From Actinomycetota bacterium (GTDB lineage Bacteria; Actinomycetota; Acidimicrobiia; Acidimicrobiales; JACCXE01): a DNA stretch of 64,000 bases. This document shows, in pieces, positions 49,193 to 56,982 of this stretch. The notes below the pieces were generated by a model. That model saw only the letters and a list, made by a program, of their open reading frames with translations. It was not told where the DNA came from and did not search any database. Both the position numbers and the translations under genes were made by a program. The stretch lies in contig JBEEFV010000027.1 in the NCBI GenBank assembly GCA_041166405.1, positions 539 through 64,538 on the forward strand, given 5' to 3'. Numbering within the stretch: position 1 is the stretch's first letter; the number at the start of each line of letters is the position of its first letter.

Positions 49193-50308
49193 ATGCGCCG
49201 CATTGGTCCTCTCAAACCGGCTGTCCCGCTGGTGTTGCTGGCGCTGCTCGGCTGGCCGCGGTCGCGCTGGTGGACGCGCGTACCGGCGCTGGGGCTCCTC
49301 GCGTCGGTGTGGACGTATTCCTACGTGCGTTACCGCGCCGGCGCTCGCGCGGAAACGGCGCGCCAGCGCGAGCTGCTGCGCACGGCGAACTGGGAGACGT
49401 TCTCCCGCGTCTACAACGAGAAGGTCGTCACGATCGAAGAGGAGTTCGACGTCTGGGGCGAGTACCACCAGCACCGCCACGAGATGCGTTACGACCTGAT
49501 CTCGGACGCGGCGTCGCGTGCCTGCCCTGACGGCGGCGTCGTGCTCGATCTCGGGTGCGGTTCGGCGCTGGTCGCCGATCGGCTGGCGCGACGCGATGTC
49601 ACCTATGTCGGCGTCGACTACGGCGGCCATCACATCGCCTATGCCAAGGCGAAGCACGACGCCGGCCACGCGGCTCTGGCGACGGTGTTCGCGCGCTCGG
49701 CAGCCGAAGCGCTGCCCTTCGCCGACGCGTCATTCGACGTCGTGGTCTTTTCCGAAGTGATCGAACACCTGATGCAGCCGGAGTTGGCCGTCTGGGAAAT
49801 CGCGCGCGTGCTCAATCCCGGCGGCACGCTCGTGATGACGACGAACAACGCGTCGGAAGTGCCGCTGCGCTCGCCTCTCACGCATCTGTTCGCGTGGCTG
49901 GAGAAGGCGTTGGGCGCGTACCACCCGTCGCTCATCTCGCTGCGGCCCTGGATCTGGCCCTACAAGGTGGACCGCTCGTTGCTGCCGCCCGGCGCGCCGG
50001 ACGTGTGGGTGCCGCACACGCATCACATCTACGCGGAGACGCGGGCGATGTTCGCCGCCGCGGGATTCGGAGGCTTCCGGTTCTCGACCTTCGAGTTCCC
50101 GCCACCGCAGGCGAAGCTGGCGAAGTTCTTCGACGCCCGCGGGGCCCGTGGGCGCCGAGCGGTCGACGTGTTGGAACGCGTGTGTCGCGCCATTCCGTTG
50201 GTGAACCGCCTCGGATGTCACATGCTGGTCGTGTGCGAAAAGCAGCGGGCACCCGTGGCGCCGACGCCACCGGCGGGCGTGTGGCCCGGACCGTTCTCGG
50301 AGGCGTGA
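49193..50308 (+). CDS. Class I SAM-dependent methyltransferase with N-terminal membrane anchor
   Basis: Track ORF 49169-50308; ATG 49193 preferred. TM segment: PAVPLVLLALLGWP. Motif I: VLDLGCGSALVADRL. Also FDVVVFSEVIEHL and LNPGGTLVMTT. Confidence 0.85.
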   Translation: MRRIGPLKPAVPLVLLALLGWPRSRWWTRVPALGLLASVWTYSYVRYRAGARAETARQRELLRTANWETFSRVYNEKVVTIEEEFDVWGEYHQHRHEMRYDLISDAASRACPDGGVVLDLGCGSALVADRLARRDVTYVGVDYGGHHIAYAKAKHDAGHAALATVFARSAAEALPFADASFDVVVFSEVIEHLMQPELAVWEIARVLNPGGTLVMTTNNASEVPLRSPLTHLFAWLEKALGAYHPSLISLRPWIWPYKVDRSLLPPGAPDVWVPHTHHIYAETRAMFAAAGFGGFRFSTFEFPPPQAKLAKFFDARGARGRRAVDVLERVCRAIPLVNRLGCHMLVVCEKQRAPVAPTPPAGVWPGPFSEA

Positions 50309-51054
50309 TGGACATCCGCGTCGGCATCGTCCGGCGTCACGCCGCGCTGCGTCGCTTCTTGCCGCGCGGGTACCACGCCTATCCCGCGCCCGGCGGGCGC
50401 ATGTACCTCGACTTGCGCGAGTCGCCGATGATGCTGGCGCGCGTGCTGCGGATCTACGAGGCGCCGAAGGTGGCGGCGTTGCGCGCCTGCCTGCGGCCGG
50501 GAAGCGTGTTCGTCGACGTCGGTGCCAACAAAGGCGACTTCTCGTTGTTGGCGGCCCGCCTGATGGGCGACAGCGGAAAGGTCATCGCCGTCGAGCCCGA
50601 AGCGACGAACGCCGACTGGATCGAACGCAGCGTGGCGCGCAATGCCTACCGGTGCATCGAAGTCGTACGCGTCGCCCTCGCCGACCGCGCGGGCGACGCA
50701 ACGCTGCACCTCGGCGAGAAGTCGGGGTGGCACAGCCTCGTGGCGACCGATGGCGTGGCGACGACGGGTGCGGTCACGGTGCCAACGGAAACGCTCGACG
50801 CGATGCTCGCGGCGCGCGGCGTCACGCGCGTCGACGTCATCAAGATCGACGTCGAAGGCGCGGAAGCGCGCGTGTTCGACGGCGGCCACGCCACGTTCTC
50901 GGGTACGCACCCGATGACGGTGCTGCTCGACGTACACCCCGGTCGCGGTGTCGATCCGCTCGCCATCGCGCAGCGACTGCGCGACTGGGGCTTCACCGTT
51001 CGTGAGCCCGCCGTCGTCACGCCGACGACCAAGTCGATTCTGGCAGTGCGCTAA
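50308..51054 (+). CDS. FkbM-family methyltransferase
   Basis: Track ORF 49555-51054 trimmed to ATG 50308 (GTG 50305 is also possible): FVDVGANKGDFSL, VIAVEPE, IKIDVEGAE. Confidence 0.85.
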   Translation: MDIRVGIVRRHAALRRFLPRGYHAYPAPGGRMYLDLRESPMMLARVLRIYEAPKVAALRACLRPGSVFVDVGANKGDFSLLAARLMGDSGKVIAVEPEATNADWIERSVARNAYRCIEVVRVALADRAGDATLHLGEKSGWHSLVATDGVATTGAVTVPTETLDAMLAARGVTRVDVIKIDVEGAEARVFDGGHATFSGTHPMTVLLDVHPGRGVDPLAIAQRLRDWGFTVREPAVVTPTTKSILAVR

Positions 51055-52190
51055 CTCTCCGTGAGTTCGCCGCGGTAGATCTGTTCGAGCCGCGGCACGA
51101 TCGCCGTCCCCCAGCTGTACTTCGTGACCGCTTCACGCCGGCACGCGTCGCGCGTCGTGTCGCCCTTGGCAGCGAGCGCCAGCGCCTCGAGGCAGGCGTT
51201 GGCCAACGCTTCGGGGGTCTGGCTGCGCGCCAGCACACCGATGCCCGGCTGGACGATCTCGACGGGGCCGCCGCTCTCCGCGATGGCGACGATCGGCGTG
51301 CCGGAAGCCAGTGACTCGACGAGCACCAGCCCGAACGCCTCGCGAATCGACGGCAACACCGTCGCCCACGCTGCGCCGTACAGCGCGGCGACGTCTTCCA
51401 CGTCGCCGACGCCGTGGACGTCGGTACCGGCCCGCACCCGTTCCGTCGACGCTTCGAGCGCAGAGGTCGGATCACCGGGCCCGGCCAGCATGAGGCGCAC
51501 CTCGGGGCGCGTGGCGACGACGAGGTCGAACGCCTTGAGCAACAGCGGCAAATTCTTGCGCGGCTCGTCGACCGCGCTCATGAACAACAGCGTCGGGACG
51601 GCGCGGCGAGCCGCCGGCGGTGCGAACCGCACGACGTCGACGCCGCCTCCGACGACGATGCCGCGGCGGTCGTAGTCGGATTCGAGGACGGCGCGGGTCG
51701 CTTCCGACAAGCACAGGTACGCATCGAGGTTGCGCACCGCGTACTGGAACAGTCGGTGGTCAGGGCGTTGCTCCCGGTACGACCGCACCGGGCCGCCGAG
51801 GTCGGTGTAGACCGAGCGGACTTTCGGCCACACTCGCACCTGCGACAAGAACGCTGCGGCGGCCGCGTCGCCGGTCCCGAACGCGTGCCACACGTCGAGT
51901 CGATCGAACAGATGGCGGACGAGCACGTCGCGCCCGAACGCAACTTCCGGCGCGAACTCGCGATAGCGCTCAGGCCCGTCACGGCGGCGGAGTCGTTGCA
52001 CGGGAACGTCGAGCACCGTTCCCTTGGCAGCGTGGGGTGCTGTTGCCACGATCCTCACGTCGTGGCCGGCATCGACGAGCGCGGCGCCCAACTCGTGGAT
52101 GTAGCGCTCGGCCCCGCGGCGCACTTCGGGCCAGCAGTAGGTGTGCGTCAACAACACTCGTAGTTCGCGCACGACGGCGCAGTCTGCCAT
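51051..52190 (-). CDS. Glycosyltransferase family 4
   Basis: 379 aa: LRVLLTHTYCWPEVRRGAERY, PSIREAFGLVLVESLASGTPIVAI. Confidence 0.85.
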   Translation of the reverse strand: MADCAVVRELRVLLTHTYCWPEVRRGAERYIHELGAALVDAGHDVRIVATAPHAAKGTVLDVPVQRLRRRDGPERYREFAPEVAFGRDVLVRHLFDRLDVWHAFGTGDAAAAAFLSQVRVWPKVRSVYTDLGGPVRSYREQRPDHRLFQYAVRNLDAYLCLSEATRAVLESDYDRRGIVVGGGVDVVRFAPPAARRAVPTLLFMSAVDEPRKNLPLLLKAFDLVVATRPEVRLMLAGPGDPTSALEASTERVRAGTDVHGVGDVEDVAALYGAAWATVLPSIREAFGLVLVESLASGTPIVAIAESGGPVEIVQPGIGVLARSQTPEALANACLEALALAAKGDTTRDACRREAVTKYSWGTAIVPRLEQIYRGELTES

Positions 52191-52200
52191 CGTTCACGGC

Positions 52201-53022
52201 GTGAGCATTGCCGAGGGGTTTGATCTCACACCCGCGCCACCGCCGGTCCGCGGGCTGGTGCGCGACGTGTGGCGTTCGCGCGGCCTGATCGCCGTGCTCG
52301 CCCGCAAAGAGTTCTTCGTGCGCTATCGGCGCACGTCGTTCGGCCTGCTGTGGGCGGTCGGCCTTCCGCTCCTCCAGGCGGCGATCCTGACGCTCGTGTT
52401 CGGCCACCTCCTCAAGTCACACGCGCCCCACTACGCGGCGTTCGTGTTCGCCGGCATGGTGCCCTGGTCGTACTTCTCGTCGACCCTCGGCGGCGGGGCG
52501 ACGGCGATCGTCGACAACTCGGGGCTGTCGAACCGCATCTATTTCCCGCGCGCCGTGCTGCCGCTCGTGAGCGCCGTCAGCGCCGTCTACGGCGCGGTCG
52601 TCACCGTCGCCATCCTCATCGCGATGTGTGTCGGCTTCGGCGTTCACCTCGGGCCGAAGCTTGTATTGCTGGTGCCGGGTGTCGCGCTCGTCGCCGTGCT
52701 GGCCGCGGCCTTCGCCCTCGTTCTGTCCGCGGTGCACGTGTACTTCCGCGACGTGCGCTTCCTGGTGACGGCCGCCCTCACGGTGTGGCTCTACGTCACG
52801 CCGATCATCTTCCAGGTCGATCAGTTGCCCCACGCCCTGCGACCGTTCGTGCGCGTCAACCCGATGACCGGTGTCGTCGAGTTGTTTCGCTATGCGACGG
52901 TCGGGGCGTCCTCCGACTGGGGCGTCTCGCTGCTGGTCACCGCGGCGTGGGTCGTGGTGCTGCTGGTGCTGGCGCTGTTCCTGCATCGCCGCTTCGACCG
53001 CCTCTTCGCTGATCGCCTCTAG
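52201..53022 (+). CDS. wzm: ABC-2-type polysaccharide exporter permease
   Basis: Track ORF 52141-53022 trimmed to GTG 52201: LARKEFFVRYRRTSFGLLWAVGLPLLQA, six hydrophobic segments, NPMTGVVELFR. Confidence 0.85.
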   Translation: MSIAEGFDLTPAPPPVRGLVRDVWRSRGLIAVLARKEFFVRYRRTSFGLLWAVGLPLLQAAILTLVFGHLLKSHAPHYAAFVFAGMVPWSYFSSTLGGGATAIVDNSGLSNRIYFPRAVLPLVSAVSAVYGAVVTVAILIAMCVGFGVHLGPKLVLLVPGVALVAVLAAAFALVLSAVHVYFRDVRFLVTAALTVWLYVTPIIFQVDQLPHALRPFVRVNPMTGVVELFRYATVGASSDWGVSLLVTAAWVVVLLVLALFLHRRFDRLFADRL

Positions 53023-54191
53023 TGCCGGCACCGCTCATCTCCCTCGGCGACGCCGGCAAGCGCTACACGAAGTTCGAGGACGCGCCGATGCTCGTGTCGG
53101 CCGCGCTGCGCTTCCGCGCCCGGACGACGCGTTCGCAGCTGTGGGCCGTGCGTCACGTCGACCTCGACGTTGCGCCCGGCGAATGCATCGGCGTCATCGG
53201 GCGCAACGGCTCGGGCAAGTCGACGCTGCTGCAGATGGTCGCCGGCGTCACCGCGCCCAGTGAAGGACGCGTGACGGTGCGCGGCAAGGTGGCGCCGCTG
53301 ATCTCCGTCGGCGTCGGGTTCCATCCGGAACTCACGGGTCGGGAGAACGTCTACGTCAACGCGGCGATTCTCGGACTCAGCCGCAGCCAAGTCGACGCGC
53401 GCCTCGACGACATCATCGACTTCGCCGACGTCGCCGGATTCGTCGACACGCCGGTGAAGTTCTACTCGTCGGGCATGTTCGTGCGGCTCGGTTTTGCCGT
53501 CGCCGTCAACGTCAACCCGCAGGTGTTGCTGATTGACGAGGTGCTCGCGGTGGGCGACCTCGCGTTCCAGATGAAGTGCTTCGACAAGATGGCCGAGATT
53601 CGCGACTCAGGTGCCACCGTCGTCGTCGTCAGTCACAATCTGAATGCCGTACGGCGGATGTGCGACCACACCCTGGTCCTGCACAACGGCGCGCCGCGGT
53701 TTTACGGATTCACGCCCGACGCCATCTCGCTGTACCACCAGCTGCTCGGTGAGGAGCGCGACCTCGACGCAGAAGTCGTCGGTGAAGACGAAGTCCGCGG
53801 CCTGGCCACGGTCGAGTCGTGGCAGCTGCTGCGCGAGCGCGCCGACGCTGACGCCGGCGAGAACCTCGTGTTCGAAGCGATCGTGTCGTTCGCCTCCGCC
53901 GTCGACGACCCGATCTTCGCCTTCAACATCTCCACCGACCGCGGCTACATGGTCTACGGCGAAGGCGTGCGTGCCGGCCGCCAGTTCGCGCCCGGCGATA
54001 CGACGACCTTCCACGTCGAGGTCCCCCAAGAACTCGTGGCCGGTTCGTACAAAGCCGGTCTCGGCGTCGCCGAGCACGAAACGCTCGAGATCGTGGCGTC
54101 AGCCCGCCCCGTCCATTTCTTCATCCACGGACGCAGCGGACCGCTCGGCGTCGCCGACTTCCACGGCCGCTTCGACTTCAGAAGTTCTTGA
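53022..54191 (+). CDS. wzt: ABC polysaccharide exporter ATPase with ~140-aa C-terminal Wzt_C-like beta-sandwich extension
   Basis: 389 aa. The GTG overlaps the wzm stop by 1 nt. Walker A GRNGSGKST, signature YSSGMFVRL, Walker B LLIDEVL. The extension begins around residue 250. Confidence 0.85.
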   Translation: MPAPLISLGDAGKRYTKFEDAPMLVSAALRFRARTTRSQLWAVRHVDLDVAPGECIGVIGRNGSGKSTLLQMVAGVTAPSEGRVTVRGKVAPLISVGVGFHPELTGRENVYVNAAILGLSRSQVDARLDDIIDFADVAGFVDTPVKFYSSGMFVRLGFAVAVNVNPQVLLIDEVLAVGDLAFQMKCFDKMAEIRDSGATVVVVSHNLNAVRRMCDHTLVLHNGAPRFYGFTPDAISLYHQLLGEERDLDAEVVGEDEVRGLATVESWQLLRERADADAGENLVFEAIVSFASAVDDPIFAFNISTDRGYMVYGEGVRAGRQFAPGDTTTFHVEVPQELVAGSYKAGLGVAEHETLEIVASARPVHFFIHGRSGPLGVADFHGRFDFRSS

Positions 54192-55005
54192 TCCAGGGAA
54201 TGATCTCCGCCGCGAGCATCTCGGCGACGCGTCGGTGCGCCGGCGGCGACCAGTGGTACCCGTCAGGGATCGCGGCGTCGATTCCCATCTCGTCGGCGAG
54301 GCGAGACGCTTCGATCAGTTTGACGTCGGGGTCCTCAGCGGCGGCTTTGCCGACGACGTCGTGCAGCACGCCGTTGAGGATCTCCTGGCGCTGATCGATC
54401 CCGGGCAAGTTGTAAAGCAGGCGCGGGCCCGGCGGGTTGATGTCGATGACGAGCACGAGGCGATGATCGCTCCGCGCCAGCAGGATGACGCGCCGTAGTT
54501 CGGCGGCAAACCGCGGCGGCGACATCCGCCACGTGCGCGTGCCCAGGCGCCGCATCGCCCACCGTTGATACCGGCGCAGCCGCGGCCAGATGTGCGGCGC
54601 GACACGCCGGCGGTACGCGGATGCCGGCCGCGACAGACCCTTCTCCCACGTCATGAAATGGTTGTGCACGCCCTTCGGGATCGCCGGTGCCTGCGCTTCG
54701 GCCATGCCGTAGTTGACGACGAGCACGTCGGGCGACCACGCCCGCTCTTCCTCTTGGTAACGGTGGATGCCGCGGTTGATCAGTTCGTATTCGCGTCCCG
54801 CGTTGCGTACCTCGGCGTTGATGCCCGCTTCGCGCAACAGCCCTTCGAGAACTTCGGAGTACGGGCCTTCGAGGCGCGACGTGCGGCCGGGCACGATGGT
54901 CGTCATCGAATTACCGATGACGAGGACGCGCCACAGGCGCGAATCAGCAGGACCCTGAAAAACAAAGCGGTCGGGCTTCCGCCCCTGATCAGTCAAGTTT
55001 GACAA
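54178..55005 (-). CDS. SGNH/GDSL-like hydrolase (esterase/acyl-esterase)
   Basis: 275 aa, TTG start with AAGGA 5 nt upstream. Block I VLVIGNSM. Block V IPDGYHWS (DxxH). The 3-prime end overlaps wzt by 14 nt. Confidence 0.65.
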   Translation of the reverse strand: MSNLTDQGRKPDRFVFQGPADSRLWRVLVIGNSMTTIVPGRTSRLEGPYSEVLEGLLREAGINAEVRNAGREYELINRGIHRYQEEERAWSPDVLVVNYGMAEAQAPAIPKGVHNHFMTWEKGLSRPASAYRRRVAPHIWPRLRRYQRWAMRRLGTRTWRMSPPRFAAELRRVILLARSDHRLVLVIDINPPGPRLLYNLPGIDQRQEILNGVLHDVVGKAAAEDPDVKLIEASRLADEMGIDAAIPDGYHWSPPAHRRVAEMLAAEIIPWIKNF

Positions 55006-55063
55006 CTGTCCTTTCGGAGACGGGCGGAAGCCCGGCCGCGTCGTTTTTCAGTGCCCTGCTCAG
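54943..55063. repeat. Imperfect 42-nt inverted repeat (35/42 identical, further G-U pairs in the mRNA sense) with a 37-nt spacer that contains the SD and TTG start of the SGNH gene
   Basis: Arms are 54943-54984 (SGNH codons 8-21) and 55022-55063 (the intergenic region plus the stop of the upstream GT2). Aligned base by base from the sequence. Confidence 0.85.
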
Positions 55064-55923
55064 AGGACAAGGGTGCGCTCACGGATCGAGCCCCACACTA
55101 AGGCGACCTCGATGGCGAGATCGAAGAGGATCCCGCCGCACGCGTCGACGATCGCGTCACGGCGCCGCCACGTGTAGGGCCGATGGCGCCACAACATCGG
55201 CGCCACCAGCAGCGTCTCCGCGTTCGAACGCCGCAGGAAGTAGCGGTGCCACAGCAGTTCGCGCATCTCGGGGTAGCGGCGCACGAGCTTATTCCAGTTG
55301 CCGTAGCGCAGGCACCGCCGCAGGTGCCACCGCAACCCTGCGTACGTCACGGCGTGGTGCACGACGGCCGCGGCGACGAATCGTTCGTCGTGTCCGAGTC
55401 GATGCACTGCCCAGCCCGCCATCGTGTCCTCGCCGAAAAAACCAATGGCTTCGTCGAAGCCTCCTGCAGCCACCAACGCGTCGCGCCGGTAGAAGAGGTT
55501 GCACGCTTCGTACCGGCGCGTGAAGTCCGTGATGTCCTGCGTCGCGTCCCATCGCCGGCGCGTCGCGGACGGGTCAGGGCGCGTCATGCCCTGCACGACG
55601 GCGACGCCAGGATCGTCGAACGCGGCGACGCCCTCCGCCAGCCACGACGGCGTCGGCACGCAATCGGAGTCGACGAACGCGACGATCTCGCCCTCGCTGG
55701 CGCGCACGCCGGCGTTTCGCACAGCGCCCAGGGAGCCGAGTTCCTTCAGCACCTTCACCGCGAAGCCGCGCGGTATCGCGGCTTCCTCGGCCGACCCGTC
55801 GGTGGACCCGTTGTCCACGACGACGACGTCGAAGTCGCGATAGGTCTGCGCCGCGAGGCCGTCGAGGCAGGAGCGCAACATGGCGCGTCGGTCCTTGACC
55901 GCGATGTTGACGGTGACCTTCAC
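55060..55923 (-). CDS. Glycosyltransferase family 2
   Basis: Track ORF 55060-56568 trimmed to GTG 55923 (GTGA overlap): VNIAVKDRRAMLRSCLDGL, VVVVDNGSTDGS, FVDSDCVP, FGEDTMAGW. Confidence 0.85.
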   Translation of the reverse strand: MKVTVNIAVKDRRAMLRSCLDGLAAQTYRDFDVVVVDNGSTDGSAEEAAIPRGFAVKVLKELGSLGAVRNAGVRASEGEIVAFVDSDCVPTPSWLAEGVAAFDDPGVAVVQGMTRPDPSATRRRWDATQDITDFTRRYEACNLFYRRDALVAAGGFDEAIGFFGEDTMAGWAVHRLGHDERFVAAAVVHHAVTYAGLRWHLRRCLRYGNWNKLVRRYPEMRELLWHRYFLRRSNAETLLVAPMLWRHRPYTWRRRDAIVDACGGILFDLAIEVALVWGSIRERTLVL

Positions 55924-56927
55924 CGGTACCCGAGTTCTTCGAGCCGGTCGCCGGCGTGGCGGTACACGACGCGCAACTGCCGCCGCGACAGCGTCCGCCA
56001 CTTCCCCGGCCCGACGTCGCCGGTCGTGTTGTACTGACTCACGCGCTCCTCGGCGCGCCGGCGCACCTCCGCGGTGATGGTGTCGTCGACCGGCAACCCG
56101 AGCCACTCGAACACATCCGAGATGGCGCCGACGGGGTCGTCGAGCATCGACTCGTAACGCATGTCGCGCGCGTGCGGCAGCGACGACAACGCCGCCGAGA
56201 TGTCGCGGGTGATCTCGGCCCATCGCGTCGCGGCCACGACGACGTCGTCGGTGCCTGACTCCATCTCGAGCAACGACCGCACGACGTCGCGCCCGTCGCG
56301 ATGCACCGAGATCACCGACGCGTCGGGACACACGGCGTTGATGAGTTCGAGGTGCTCGCCGTGCAGCGGAGTCTTCTCGACAAGACGCGGTCCGTAATCG
56401 GCGAACAGCGTGGCGACGAAGCCACGCATCGCTGCGGCCAACGCGTCGCGGGAGATCCACTCTCGCAGCGCCGCGTTGTTCCACAACGGCTGCAACGACA
56501 CGAACACCGCAGTCTCCACGCGGGGGCCGTCGAGCTGCGGGTGCGCCAGCAGCATGTTCTGCACCCATGTCGTGCCGCTACGGGGCACGCCGACGACGAA
56601 TACCGGCGCCACGAGCCGGGGGGTTTGCGCGCCGCGCGGTGGGGTCGCGCCGTAGACCCGGGCGATGAGGTCTTCGACGGCGGCGTTGCCCGGCGAGGCG
56701 TCGATCACTCGCTCGGTGCCGGCGGCTGCGTAGATCTCGTCGGTGAGGCCGCGTACCGCGCCGAGGAACGTTTCCTCGTCGCACAGCGCCGAGATACCGG
56801 CGGGATCCGAATGCCCGCGCCCGGCCTCGTAGTTGCGGAACAGCGCCAATACGCCGTGACTGAACAGGTCGCTGACCACTTTGGGCACTGTGACCGAATC
56901 AGCGCTGCCGTCGAAGGAAACCTGCAC
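55920..56927 (-). CDS. PAPS-dependent sulfotransferase-family protein with ~110-aa N-terminal extension
   Basis: 335 aa, GTG start: VVGVPRSGTTWVQNML (5-prime-PSB), SVHRDGRDVVRS (3-prime-PB-like). Confidence 0.8.
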   Translation of the reverse strand: MQVSFDGSADSVTVPKVVSDLFSHGVLALFRNYEAGRGHSDPAGISALCDEETFLGAVRGLTDEIYAAAGTERVIDASPGNAAVEDLIARVYGATPPRGAQTPRLVAPVFVVGVPRSGTTWVQNMLLAHPQLDGPRVETAVFVSLQPLWNNAALREWISRDALAAAMRGFVATLFADYGPRLVEKTPLHGEHLELINAVCPDASVISVHRDGRDVVRSLLEMESGTDDVVVAATRWAEITRDISAALSSLPHARDMRYESMLDDPVGAISDVFEWLGLPVDDTITAEVRRRAEERVSQYNTTGDVGPGKWRTLSRRQLRVVYRHAGDRLEELGYR

Positions 56928-56931
56928 TGCG

Positions 56932-56948
56932 GCGAAACGTAGTTGCGC
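56932..56948. promoter_or_regulatory. Imperfect 17-bp palindrome GCGAAAC-gta-GTTGCGC (box C) in the divergent region between the sulfotransferase and the ECF sigma-purF operon
   Basis: Read directly. 12/17 identical to box B, including the 11-nt core AACGTAGTTGC. Confidence 0.4.
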
Positions 56949-56982
56949 GTATCGGCTGGTACCCTTTGGGGCAGGCGGGTCC

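Noticed and set aside
54999-55523. 174-aa plus-strand ORF, and the pseudo-N-terminus GRKPGRVVFQCPAQ encoded by the inverted copy at 55022-55063.
   Set aside because: It lies antisense to a well-supported GT2, and the translation is Arg/Ser-rich with no motifs. The similarity to the SGNH N-terminus is a by-product of the inverted repeat, not a second gene.
56828-56837. A third occurrence of cgtagttgcg inside the sulfotransferase coding region, 100 nt from box C.
   Set aside because: The expected left half-site is missing (cggcct instead of c.gcaa), so it is not palindromic. It is plausibly a chance or coding-driven match.
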